Source: Alphaproteobacteria bacterium (GTDB lineage Bacteria; Pseudomonadota; Alphaproteobacteria; JABAAW01). Taken from it: a stretch of DNA of 64,000 nt. A program made the translations under genes and the position numbers. Below the pieces are notes generated by a model, which did no database searches, was not told the origin of the DNA, and saw only the letters and a list, made by a program, of their open reading frames with translations. Positions 9,527 to 18,542 of the stretch are shown here, one piece after another. The number at the start of each line of letters is the position of its first letter. Position 1 is the first letter of the stretch. The stretch spans positions 2,105-66,104 of the forward strand of contig JABAAW010000003.1 of NCBI GenBank assembly GCA_014238535.1, in the 5' to 3' direction.

Positions 9527-11437
9527 ATGGTCGCATCATCAACATCTTCATCTTCTGCTAAGTCTAAACCGTCGTCTCTTTTCGCCGACGCGGATGGTAG
9601 TTTCGCGCGTAATATGAAAGCGCTTTCGCGCCTGACGCCATTTCTATGGCCGGTGGGCGACAGCAAAACAAGGTTCAAGATAACCTTGATGGTTATTTTT
9701 CTTCTTGCGTCGGTTATCGCAGGAGTTTATGCGCCTCTGTTGTTGAAGGGCGCGGTTGATCGTTTGGCGGGGGATGCATCAGATAGCGGAGTCGCGCGGG
9801 CGGTAGCCTTACCGATTGGATTAATCCTCTCCTATGGTTTTGTTCGTATGCTCGCGAGTTTCTTCAGCGAGATACGGCGTTTCTTGTTTGCACGCGTCGC
9901 CCAAAGTGCAGTTCGCAAGATTGCGCTCTCCGTATTTGAGCATTTGCTAGAGTTGAGCTTAGCCTTCCACTTAGATCGGCGCATGGGTGGCTTGAGTCGA
10001 GTGATAGAGCGAGGCGTCAAGTCGATCGAGTTCTTGCTTGAGTTTATGCTTTTCAACATCCTTCCGACTCTGTTGCAGATAGGGTTGGTGGCAATCGTGC
10101 TGTGGGGACGATTCAGCTTATTATTCGTTGCGATAACGTTACTAACCATAGGTAGTTACATACTTTTTACGCTTTTCGTTACGGAATGGAGACTACAATT
10201 TCGGCGCGAGATGAATTATGCCGATAATGACGCGCACGGAAAAGCCATCGACTCGTTGATAAACTTCGAAACAGTCAAATACTTCGGCAACGAAGCGCAC
10301 GAAAAACAGCGACTCGATAGTGCTCTGAAAGTATACGAAAACGCCGCCGTCAAAAGTCTAACCTCCTTGTCCTATGTAAACTTAGGGCAGTCTGTAATAA
10401 TCGCACTCGGTTTGATTACAATCTTGCTTATCGCAGGCAAAGGCGTCGTTGATGGAACGCTAAGCATCGGCGACTTCGTCCTCGTAAATACATATTTGTT
10501 GCAGCTATACTTGCCTCTCGATTTCTTAGGATTCGTATATCGACAAACTAGGCAGTCCTTGACCGATATGGACGACTTGTTCTCACTCACCGACGAAACT
10601 CCAACTATTAGCGATCGCTCGGCTGCAACGAAGCTAAAGACAAACTCACCAGAGGTCATCTTCGACAAAGTTTCTTTCTCGTACGGATCGTCTAGTGATT
10701 CTGCGCGACAAATACTACAGGATATTTCATTCCATATACCGCACGGCAAACGACTCGCAATAGTCGGACCTTCAGGCTCGGGAAAATCTACAATCGCACG
10801 CTTGTTATATCGCTTCTACGACGTCCAAAAAGGAACCATATCCATTTCAGCTTACGATTTGCGAAACCTAACTCAAGAGAGTCTACACGCTAATATAGGT
10901 GTCGTCCCCCAAGACACAGTGCTTTTCAACGACACCATCTACTACAATATACTCTATGGGAATCCGCACGCACGCGCAGCAGATGTCGAGCGCGCAGCCC
11001 GCATGGCGCATATACACGAGTTCATAATGAGCTTGCCTGAAGCATACCAAACAGCCGTCGGGGAACGCGGGCTGAAACTATCTGGTGGAGAAAAGCAACG
11101 AGTAGCCATCGCGCGTACATTATTGAAAAATCCCGGAATCTTAATCCTCGACGAGGCAACGTCCGCGCTCGATAGTAATACAGAGCAGGAAATACAAAAA
11201 AACCTTAAAGAGTTGATGGAAAACCGCACAACTTTGATGATCGCGCATCGACTCTCAACTATAACCGACGCAGAAGAGATATTGGTGCTATTCGAAGGTA
11301 AGATCGTCGAGCGGGGTAAGCACTCGCAACTTCTGAAAAATGGCAAATTATATGCAGCTATGTGGGACCGCCAGCAAAAAGAAGCAGACGAGGGTCTCGA
11401 AGCCATGCCTCCTGTAAAAAAAAGTAAAGAAAAATAA
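9527..11437 (+). CDS. ABC transporter permease/ATPase, Atm1/ABCB7-like
   Basis: 636 aa with a six-helix TMD plus an NBD. GPSGSGKSTIARLLYRFYD, LSGGEKQRVAIARTLLKNP, ILILDEATSALD. Overall resemblance to mitochondrial Atm1-type exporters. An alternative start is at 9614 (MKALSRLTPFLWP). Confidence 0.85.
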   Translation: MVASSTSSSSAKSKPSSLFADADGSFARNMKALSRLTPFLWPVGDSKTRFKITLMVIFLLASVIAGVYAPLLLKGAVDRLAGDASDSGVARAVALPIGLILSYGFVRMLASFFSEIRRFLFARVAQSAVRKIALSVFEHLLELSLAFHLDRRMGGLSRVIERGVKSIEFLLEFMLFNILPTLLQIGLVAIVLWGRFSLLFVAITLLTIGSYILFTLFVTEWRLQFRREMNYADNDAHGKAIDSLINFETVKYFGNEAHEKQRLDSALKVYENAAVKSLTSLSYVNLGQSVIIALGLITILLIAGKGVVDGTLSIGDFVLVNTYLLQLYLPLDFLGFVYRQTRQSLTDMDDLFSLTDETPTISDRSAATKLKTNSPEVIFDKVSFSYGSSSDSARQILQDISFHIPHGKRLAIVGPSGSGKSTIARLLYRFYDVQKGTISISAYDLRNLTQESLHANIGVVPQDTVLFNDTIYYNILYGNPHARAADVERAARMAHIHEFIMSLPEAYQTAVGERGLKLSGGEKQRVAIARTLLKNPGILILDEATSALDSNTEQEIQKNLKELMENRTTLMIAHRLSTITDAEEILVLFEGKIVERGKHSQLLKNGKLYAAMWDRQQKEADEGLEAMPPVKKSKEK

Positions 11438-11483
11438 GTCGACTTCTACCTAATCAGCACTATAGACAAGTAAGGTTTCATGC

Positions 11484-14411
11484 ATGGCAGAGGTAGCGCA
11501 TAGCGATAACTTGGAAACCGCAAAAATTAACATCGCCGAAAATGACGCTTTTGCGCGCTTCCACGAACGAGTATGCCAGTTCATAAGCCCTGAACGCGTA
11601 ATAACAAATACCCTTGCGTGTGAAACGCTAGGCCACGATGCCTCTATCTATCGCTTACTGCCACGCATAGTCGTGCTCGTGCGCGACGAGCAAGAGGTGC
11701 AAGCAGTTCTGCTTTGCGCGCGCGAATTCTCCATCGCTATAACCTTCCGCGCCGCCGGGACTAGTTTGTCAGGGCAAGCCGTTACCGATTCGGTGCTCGT
11801 GCAACTAGATACGCCTTTCTGGCGTCAGGTGCGTATTTCAGATGACGGCGCACGAATCGCATTGGGACCAAGCATAACAGGCGGTGCGGCTAATGCCGTG
11901 CTCGCATCATACGGGCGTAAAATAGGACCAGACCCCGCATCTTTGGCGAGCGCACAAATAGGTGGAATCGTCGCAAATAACTCAAGCGGCATGTGTTGCG
12001 GCACAGAACAGAATAGCTATCGCACTATCGAATCGCTACGCCTAGTGCTGTTCGATGGAACTATCTTGGATACAGGCGACGAGGAATCGCGTGTAGCGTT
12101 TACTCAAAGCCATAGGCAAATGCTCGCAGATATAAGCAAGATCGCTAAAGAGATAAAAACCGATAACAAGTTGCGTAGCCGCATCATCGAAAAATACAAA
12201 ATGAAGAATACCATGGGCTACGGACTAAACTCGTTCATAGATTACGAGCAGCCGATCGATATCCTAGCGCATGCAGTAATAGGCTCTGAGGGTAGTTTGG
12301 CGTTCGTCAGCGAAGCGCGCTATCGTACAGTAGAAGACGCTCGGTGTAAGGTTGCAAACCTCGTGTTCTTTCCTACTTTCGATGCCGCTTGTAGGGCTAC
12401 CATACGCTTGAAAAAGGCCGCCGTCACCGCAGCCATCGAAATCGCCGATCGCGAAGCTATTCGCAGCATACAGATGCTAAAGCATTTCCCCGAGCAAGCT
12501 CGCTCCTTCGATGATGCTTGTGCGTTCTTGCTGATCGACGTGCATGGCTCAAGTGTTGACGAGTGCGCTCCACGAATCGCTACGGTCGAGCGCATACTCT
12601 CCGAGTTCCCCATCTTGCTACAGACAGGATTCACTAACGATGCTCGTCTTTACAGCGCGTACTGGGATATGCGCAAGGGCATGTATCCTAGTTTGGGTAA
12701 AAACCGTGCTCTTGGAACATTCTTCATGCAAGAAGATTTAGTCTTTCCACTCGAAAGGCTAGCAGAGGGCGCTCTCGCCTTCCGCGCAGTTTTTGACAAG
12801 CACGGCTATAAAAAGGAAGGAATCATCTTCGGGCATGCACGCGACGGCAACCTGCACGCTTGCCTCGCGCTCGACCTTTCAACAAAAGAGGGCATGAAGC
12901 GATACGAGGGGTTGCTAGGCGATCTCGTAACCATGGTCGTAGACCACTTCGACGGCGCACTAAAGGGCGAGCATGGAACAGGACGCAAGATGGCTCCTTT
13001 CGTAGTGCGCGAATGGGGCGCTAAGGCTTTGTCGATGATGAAACGACTCAAAAATACTATGGACCCGATGGGTATTCTAAATCCAGGTGTCGTAATAAAC
13101 GATGATCCGATGGCGCATGTCGATAATCTAAAGCAGATATCACATGTTGGAAGCGCCGCAGACATGTGCACAGAATGCGGCTTTTGCGAGCGCGTTTGCC
13201 CAACAGCAAGCTACACAATGACACCGCGTCAGCGAATAGTAGCCCTGCGCACGCGTGCTGCTAGAAAATTTTCGCGCGCAGAGGAGATTTATTTCCGCCG
13301 TGCCGCAATCGCATCGTGCGTAGGCGATTCTCTATGCCATAGCGTCTGCCCTGTCGGAATCGATACGGGTGAGCTGATGCGGCGCGAGCTCGAGCAACAG
13401 CATTCTCGATTATCCATAATGCTTGCAAGCATTAGCGAGCGTTACTTCGCATTTGTAGTAGCGTTCGTTAGATTCGCCCTACGATGCCTCGTCTTTGTTC
13501 GGCGCAGATTTGGTCTAGGCGCGGCAGCACGGCTACACCGATTCGTATCTTTGTCTCCTCTCAACTTGACGCTAGAGTTGTTTGCCAACCCTCCACGCGC
13601 ACCACGCAGCAGCAACGCGCTAGACAATCGTTTAGGTGGCGCTAAACCCGTAGGGAAGGGAAGCGTCTGCAAAACTGCAAGCACGAGCTCTTTTGTATTC
13701 TTTCCGAGTTGTCCTTCGCGCTTATTTGGCTCTGTATATGCAAGCAAAGTGCTCGCACCTCTCGAAGAGACGATGGCAAACCTCTGCTACAAAGCTTCTA
13801 TCGAAAATGTCACTAGGCTACGCGCGGCTAACAAACTTTGTTGCGGGCTCGCCTATCACAGTAAGGGTTATTACAAGAGTGCGGAGCGGGCGGCTGAACG
13901 TCTCCACTCACACCTTGCTCCAGAGGTGCAGCAGGGGCACTATCCGCTTGTCTGCGACGCTGCCCCGTGCGCACGGCGTCTGCAGTCGCTGGCACGATTT
14001 AGCGATGTAAAGATTCTCGATTCTATAGCCTTCTCGCGCAAATGCTTGCTACCGCGGTTGCAAAGTAAGCTGCAGGTCGCAAGCGGACCCGTTATCGCGC
14101 ACCTACCATGCGCTTCTCGTCGCGCTGGCTTGGAGGAAGATTTCATCGCTACCCTAAAGCAAGTATCCTTGCACGCGCCACTAGTCGCATCTAAGACTTT
14201 ATGTTGCGGTTTTGGCGGCGACCTCGGTTTTAAGGACGCCAATCTAAATAAGCACGCATTGGCGGGTTTGCTCGAACTCGCAGGCAAAAAATATAAAACG
14301 CCGCCCGTAGTCGTTAGTAGTAGTCGAACATGCGAGATCGGGCTCGCATGGCATAGTGGATTGCAGTGCTATTCGCTACTAGAGTTTATCGATAGGCAAA
14401 GCAGCGAGTAA
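11484..14411 (+). CDS. FAD-linked oxidase fused to 4Fe-4S and cysteine-rich (CCG) domains, YdiJ-like 2-hydroxyacid dehydrogenase
   Basis: 975 aa. FAD-binding PCMH-type N-terminus (RAAGTSLSGQAV), GHARDGNLH, and ferredoxin-like CTECGFCERVCP and CHSVCPVGID. The C-terminal half carries Cys-rich CCG-type repeats (LCCGLAYH, LCCGFGGD). Confidence 0.85.
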   Translation: MAEVAHSDNLETAKINIAENDAFARFHERVCQFISPERVITNTLACETLGHDASIYRLLPRIVVLVRDEQEVQAVLLCAREFSIAITFRAAGTSLSGQAVTDSVLVQLDTPFWRQVRISDDGARIALGPSITGGAANAVLASYGRKIGPDPASLASAQIGGIVANNSSGMCCGTEQNSYRTIESLRLVLFDGTILDTGDEESRVAFTQSHRQMLADISKIAKEIKTDNKLRSRIIEKYKMKNTMGYGLNSFIDYEQPIDILAHAVIGSEGSLAFVSEARYRTVEDARCKVANLVFFPTFDAACRATIRLKKAAVTAAIEIADREAIRSIQMLKHFPEQARSFDDACAFLLIDVHGSSVDECAPRIATVERILSEFPILLQTGFTNDARLYSAYWDMRKGMYPSLGKNRALGTFFMQEDLVFPLERLAEGALAFRAVFDKHGYKKEGIIFGHARDGNLHACLALDLSTKEGMKRYEGLLGDLVTMVVDHFDGALKGEHGTGRKMAPFVVREWGAKALSMMKRLKNTMDPMGILNPGVVINDDPMAHVDNLKQISHVGSAADMCTECGFCERVCPTASYTMTPRQRIVALRTRAARKFSRAEEIYFRRAAIASCVGDSLCHSVCPVGIDTGELMRRELEQQHSRLSIMLASISERYFAFVVAFVRFALRCLVFVRRRFGLGAAARLHRFVSLSPLNLTLELFANPPRAPRSSNALDNRLGGAKPVGKGSVCKTASTSSFVFFPSCPSRLFGSVYASKVLAPLEETMANLCYKASIENVTRLRAANKLCCGLAYHSKGYYKSAERAAERLHSHLAPEVQQGHYPLVCDAAPCARRLQSLARFSDVKILDSIAFSRKCLLPRLQSKLQVASGPVIAHLPCASRRAGLEEDFIATLKQVSLHAPLVASKTLCCGFGGDLGFKDANLNKHALAGLLELAGKKYKTPPVVVSSSRTCEIGLAWHSGLQCYSLLEFIDRQSSE

Positions 14412-14429
14412 GAATGCGCGAGATAAAAT

Positions 14430-14999
14430 TTATTTGTCCTCAACCGACTTCCATTTGATCGAGCAGCCGATGCTCGAAAACTGCCGTCGCGGTGCAACAG
14501 CTCCATCAAGCGCAAGGCTACGCGTCGCTTCCAGCAGTTCGCGCGTACGAGACGCAGGGGATTTATCCATGCCAGCGTCATCTATTCGTCCGCGATAGAC
14601 TAACTTTAAACTCTTGTCGAAAAGAAAAAAATCCGGCGTGCACACCGCATCATAAGCGCGCGCTATATCTTGCGTTTCGTCATATAGATACGGGAAAGGG
14701 AAGGCATTGTCGGCAGCAAAAATCTTCATGTTATCGAAAGAATCTTGCGGGTACCTCTTCGTATCGTTTGACATTATCGCAGCAACGCCAATCTGTAAGG
14801 CTTTCGCATCGTTTGCGTCTTCGACAAAGCGTCCAATGACAGCTTTAACATAGGGGCAATGGTTGCATAAAAAAGCGACTAGTAAGCCGTTCTCCTGTAG
14901 CAAGCCATCGCGCGAATGCGTCCTCCCATCTGTTGCGAGCAAGCTAAAATTCGGTGCGGTAACATTATTATCTACAGCGGGGGTTTCGATAGCGGGCAT
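14430..14999 (-). CDS. thioredoxin-fold protein (PRX-like / AhpC-TSA family)
   Basis: APNFSL..DG....LVAFLCNHCPYVKA with a redox CxxC-type motif. ATG at 14999 is chosen because the ORF-track start at 15077 would overlap the upstream gene. Confidence 0.75.
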   Translation of the reverse strand: MPAIETPAVDNNVTAPNFSLLATDGRTHSRDGLLQENGLLVAFLCNHCPYVKAVIGRFVEDANDAKALQIGVAAIMSNDTKRYPQDSFDNMKIFAADNAFPFPYLYDETQDIARAYDAVCTPDFFLFDKSLKLVYRGRIDDAGMDKSPASRTRELLEATRSLALDGAVAPRRQFSSIGCSIKWKSVEDK

Positions 15000-15009
15000 G
15001 CTTGATAGT

Positions 15010-15567
15010 TTAATCCTCGTTTGGTTGCCATAATATGTCTTTTTCTCCGCGCTCGTTGTGAAAGCGTGCGAGAACAAACAGTAGATCTGAAAGACGGTTT
15101 AAGTAGATACGAATTCCTACCGAAACTCCTTCCTCCTTTGCCACTAGCGCTATGACGCGTCGTTCGGCTCGGCGTGCTAGCGTGCGTGCAAGGTGCAGGT
15201 GGCAAGAAAGCGCACTACCCGCTGGCAGTATAAAGTTTTCTAACGGCTTGAGTCTAGCGTTGCACTCATCGATCTGTTGCTCTAACCATAGTGCTCGCTT
15301 TTCGGGGAAACGTTTCGTCTTGTCTACGCTCTCAGGTCGGCATAGGTCCGAGCCTATGTCGAACAAGTGGTTTTGAACTCGAGTAAGTAAATCTAAAAGG
15401 GTCTTGTCTCCGCTAGCGCTAAAAACCGCTAATCCTAACGCGGCGTTTAACTCGTCTATCGTGCCATACGCCTCGATTCGCACATCGTCCTTGTCGCGTA
15501 ATGATCCGTCGCCAAGACGCGTCTTACCCCCATCGCCACTCTTCGTATATACACGCGTGATACGCAT
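15010..15567 (-). CDS. ATP:cob(I)alamin adenosyltransferase, PduO/MMAB type
   Basis: 185 aa. MRITRVYTKSGDGGKTRLGDG......RIEAYGTIDELNAALG, followed by a four-helix-bundle-like remainder. Confidence 0.9.
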   Translation of the reverse strand: MRITRVYTKSGDGGKTRLGDGSLRDKDDVRIEAYGTIDELNAALGLAVFSASGDKTLLDLLTRVQNHLFDIGSDLCRPESVDKTKRFPEKRALWLEQQIDECNARLKPLENFILPAGSALSCHLHLARTLARRAERRVIALVAKEEGVSVGIRIYLNRLSDLLFVLARFHNERGEKDILWQPNED

Positions 15568-15598
15568 AATCTATACCGCGCACTCGTCTAACCGAACG

Positions 15599-15793
15599 CT
15601 AACGGCTTTGTAGCAAAAGCAAAAAAAATAACAGCAACGCCAGCGCTTGCAACAATACGCGCGTGCGCATAAAGCGATTACTATGCTTGCGGCTAAACTC
15701 GCTCCCTCGCGTCATTGCATAAAATCCGCCAAACAAAGCAAGCAAAACTGAAAGCATCGCGATACCAAGTAATACCGTTACCAGCAAACTCAT
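15599..15793 (-). CDS. twin transmembrane helix small protein (HIG1-domain homologue)
   Basis: 64 aa with two TM helices flanking the RKHSNRFMRTRVLLQ motif typical of HIG1/DUF2909. Adjacency to the PduO-type adenosyltransferase is common in alphaproteobacteria. Confidence 0.75.
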   Translation of the reverse strand: MSLLVTVLLGIAMLSVLLALFGGFYAMTRGSEFSRKHSNRFMRTRVLLQALALLLFFLLLLQSR

Positions 15794-16179
15794 CGCGTCT
15801 TCTTGCGAGCGTCTATATCGAAATTCTTTTGTGCTGCGCGACCCATTCTCTCACCCATCTTGCGCTCGTCCTTCTTGCTACGGAAGGAGAGGATGCGTGC
15901 GCTACTCTTATTCTTTTTGCGCGGGTTACGCAAAGGTTCTAGCCTCAGCGATTCGCCTGAAAAAATCTCCGGTAGGATGACGCCACGCGAGCCGCCATGC
16001 GAAAGTCGCACTCGCGCTGTCGACCTTCGCGCATAGAGCCAAACCTCATAGAAATCACTGCCCATTCCTGCTAGTATGGTCAAGGAATAAAGAAAAGCAA
16101 GCCTAAAAAACTCGTAACTGCGATTAGATCGCAAGCACATGCTAGCTGAAAACAACAAGCACAAAAAAGTGGAATACAT
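15790..16179 (-). CDS. hypothetical protein (hydrophobic N-terminus, very basic C-terminus); start uncertain
   Basis: The stop overlaps the HIG1 start by 4 nt (ATGA), suggesting translational coupling. The 5-prime end of the ORF overlaps the divergent gene at 16139, so the true start is probably internal (for example ATG at 16065). No family recognised. Confidence 0.3.
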   Translation of the reverse strand: MYSTFLCLLFSASMCLRSNRSYEFFRLAFLYSLTILAGMGSDFYEVWLYARRSTARVRLSHGGSRGVILPEIFSGESLRLEPLRNPRKKNKSSARILSFRSKKDERKMGERMGRAAQKNFDIDARKKTR

Positions 16180-16627
16180 AGAGGAAGACCCATTCGTAGC
16201 GCTCGCTACACGGGACGCAAATATAGCAAAGGCTAAATCAGAACAACGCGGTTCGGCATCGAAGCAGCAGCAGACGAGTGCCGATTCGCTCGAGCAAAAC
16301 AGCGCGCTAACACTGAGCGAAAGTGCAGTCGCACGCTTGCGCGAACTGCGAAAGGAGGAAGGCGACGCAGAACTAACCTTGCGAATTCGGATTTACTCCG
16401 GCGGCTGCTCTGGTTATCGTAGCGAATTCTCAATCGATAAGGTGCGCAGAAATAACGATCTAGAAATTCAACAAGACGGCGTGCGAGTCTTGATAGACAA
16501 ACTATCGGCTCATACCTTGGGTAAAAGCGAACTAGGCTTTACAAAAGATATCATCGGAGAAAACTTCAACCTGCGGATCGAAAAAGCTCACAATGCATGC
16601 GGGTGCGGCGTATCCTTCGCGCTATAA
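16139..16627 (+). CDS. iron-sulfur cluster insertion protein, IscA/ErpA (HesB) family, with an N-terminal extension
   Basis: The C-terminal 110 aa match A-type carriers (LRIRIYSGGCSGYRSEFSID ... ACGCGVSFAL). About 50 polar residues precede the domain. The true start may be downstream at a non-ATG codon. Confidence 0.8.
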   Translation: MLAENNKHKKVEYIEEDPFVALATRDANIAKAKSEQRGSASKQQQTSADSLEQNSALTLSESAVARLRELRKEEGDAELTLRIRIYSGGCSGYRSEFSIDKVRRNNDLEIQQDGVRVLIDKLSAHTLGKSELGFTKDIIGENFNLRIEKAHNACGCGVSFAL

Positions 16628-16642
16628 AAAAACTATAGTACC

Positions 16643-17794
16643 TTGCGTGTCATAACCTTTAATGTGAACTCGATTGCTAAGCGACTGGATGCTTTGCTCG
16701 ATTTTCTCGACAAAAAATCCGTCGATGTCGCTCTCTTGCAAGAACTGAAAACTCCCGTAGAGCGTTTTCCTTTGGCTGCAATGCAGGAGGTGGGGTGGAA
16801 GGTCGCATTCATCGCTGAAAAAGGATACAACGGGGTGGCTGTGTTATCGCGCGATAAAAATATGCTTGTGCGAAGAACAGCCCTGCCTCAGGCAAGCGGG
16901 TACAATAAAAAAAATACTAGCGCAGAGACACAACAGCTACTCGAAGCGAGCAATAGAGATGATAGCCAAGCACGATACCTAGAGGTGTTAACGCACGGTA
17001 TCGTCGTAGCAAGCATATACGCTCCCAATGGTAATCCCATTAGAGATGATGTCCATAACGGTGCCCATAACGATGCCCATAACGATGATTCGCACGCCGA
17101 TGACAACCTAAGCGAGAAGTTTCGCTACAAGCTAGCGTGGATGGAGCGACTATACCTACATGTCGAGCATAACCTATTGCCAGAAGGGCGAGCATTCCTG
17201 CTCGGGGGAGACTTCAATGTTTGTCCGCTCGCAAGCGACGTCTTCGACGAACAGATTATGGGAGACGACGCACTAGTGCATGTTGAAAGTCGTAGGAGCT
17301 ATAAACGTTTAATCAACAGCGGGCTCGTCGATGCCTACCCCGCATTTAGAGTGAAAACAAAAACAAGCAGTAACATAAAAGACAACGGATACACTTATTG
17401 GGACTATCGTCGAACACGCTTCCAGCGCAACGAGGGGTTACGCATCGATATGTTCTTACTTTCTCCTTACCTGAGCGAACGGTTAGAAAATTGTTTCGTC
17501 GAGCGTTCTATGCGCGCCCTAGAAAATCCATCCGATCATACTCCGTTATGTCTAGACTTGCAGGAAGTCTTGCAACCATACCCGCACATGGATACTCATT
17601 TACACTTACAGCTAAACTTACATTCTAACTCGCAACAGAAAACTACCGCTAGCCCAAGTAATACTAGTAGCGATACTAGCAACGATTCGCAGCTAGAGCG
17701 GTTGGAGGAAGAAACGCAGGCTAGTAGTAAAAATCAGGCTGCTGGCGACGGTTTGTCGGTTAAAAAAAGCATACAAAAAACATTAGCGATGTAG
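16643..17794 (+). CDS. xthA: exodeoxyribonuclease III (AP endonuclease) with an internal repeat insertion and a long C-terminal tail
   Basis: TTG start giving MRVITFNVNSI. Also LLQELK, GGDFNV and PSDHTPL. A His/Asn/Asp-rich insertion and an ~80-aa polar tail follow the catalytic core. Confidence 0.9.
   Translation: MRVITFNVNSIAKRLDALLDFLDKKSVDVALLQELKTPVERFPLAAMQEVGWKVAFIAEKGYNGVAVLSRDKNMLVRRTALPQASGYNKKNTSAETQQLLEASNRDDSQARYLEVLTHGIVVASIYAPNGNPIRDDVHNGAHNDAHNDDSHADDNLSEKFRYKLAWMERLYLHVEHNLLPEGRAFLLGGDFNVCPLASDVFDEQIMGDDALVHVESRRSYKRLINSGLVDAYPAFRVKTKTSSNIKDNGYTYWDYRRTRFQRNEGLRIDMFLLSPYLSERLENCFVERSMRALENPSDHTPLCLDLQEVLQPYPHMDTHLHLQLNLHSNSQQKTTASPSNTSSDTSNDSQLERLEEETQASSKNQAAGDGLSVKKSIQKTLAM
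17051..17086 (+). repeat. in-frame 12-bp tandem repeat, 3 copies, inside xthA
   Basis: gtccataacggt / gcccataacgat / gcccataacgat, encoding VHNG-AHND-AHND. Confidence 0.9.
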
Positions 17795-17890
17795 ATGTTT
17801 CCTGCATTGCTAAAATATACACAAAATATACGCAACCCCTATGCCAATCCTAACTATTCTTATTATAACTTCTTCTCACTATTAGCCTTG

Positions 17891-18421
17891 TTAGCTGCCT
17901 TTGCGCTTACTTTTCTTTTTTTCCACCTCATCTTGCGTTTCCTTAGCGAGCGTTCGGCATAGGTTCAATACGGTTCGGCGTAAAGATGGGGTCAGATCGT
18001 AGTAGTTGCGCGCTAGTTCCAATGTTTCGCGTTTAGTAAGACGTTCGTCATCGCTGAAGCCGCCATCGGCATCCTCTTTAAGCAACGGCTTTGCATTCGG
18101 TTCTGATACGCGGTAGCTGGGCTGCCTTATCGGCATCACTCGTTGAATCTCTTTGGGCATACCCTCGAAGAAATATGCGATCGGAACATCTAGCACCTGC
18201 GCTATCTGGAACAGCCGTGCTCCACCTACGCTCGAGAAGCCGCGTTCGTATTTTTGCACCTGCTGGAAGGTTAGGGATAGTAGGTCGCCGAGCTTCTTTT
18301 GACTAATGCCCAGCATGGTACGGCGCAAGCGAATCTTGCTTCCCATATATTGGTCGATCTCATTTGCGCCGAGTTTCTTACCGCGCCGACCTTTCGTTAC
18401 TAAAGTGTTTTTTTCTGCCAT
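17891..18421 (-). CDS. XRE-family helix-turn-helix transcriptional regulator
   Basis: IRLRRTMLGISQKKLGDLLSLTFQQVQKYERG is an HTH_3-type motif. ATG at 18421 has GGAGA 5 nt upstream; the ORF-track start at 18493 is judged too long. Confidence 0.8.
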   Translation of the reverse strand: MAEKNTLVTKGRRGKKLGANEIDQYMGSKIRLRRTMLGISQKKLGDLLSLTFQQVQKYERGFSSVGGARLFQIAQVLDVPIAYFFEGMPKEIQRVMPIRQPSYRVSEPNAKPLLKEDADGGFSDDERLTKRETLELARNYYDLTPSLRRTVLNLCRTLAKETQDEVEKKKSKRKGS

Positions 18422-18542
18422 GTCTGTCTCCATTCTGATTGTGAAAAGAATAGCCCTACTACTCCTTTCACGCAATTTTTTTAAAAAGTTCACCTATCAT
18501 TAGATAATAAACTTACCGCAATATCAGATATTTTACTAGTAT

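Noticed and set aside
15790-16065. Possible PilZ (c-di-GMP binding) domain, suggested by RRSTAR (an RxxxR pattern) followed by ..EIFSGES...
   Set aside because: The second motif does not fit D/N-x-S-x-x-G. The remaining C-terminus is a basic, probably disordered tail rather than the ~60-residue beta-barrel a PilZ domain needs.
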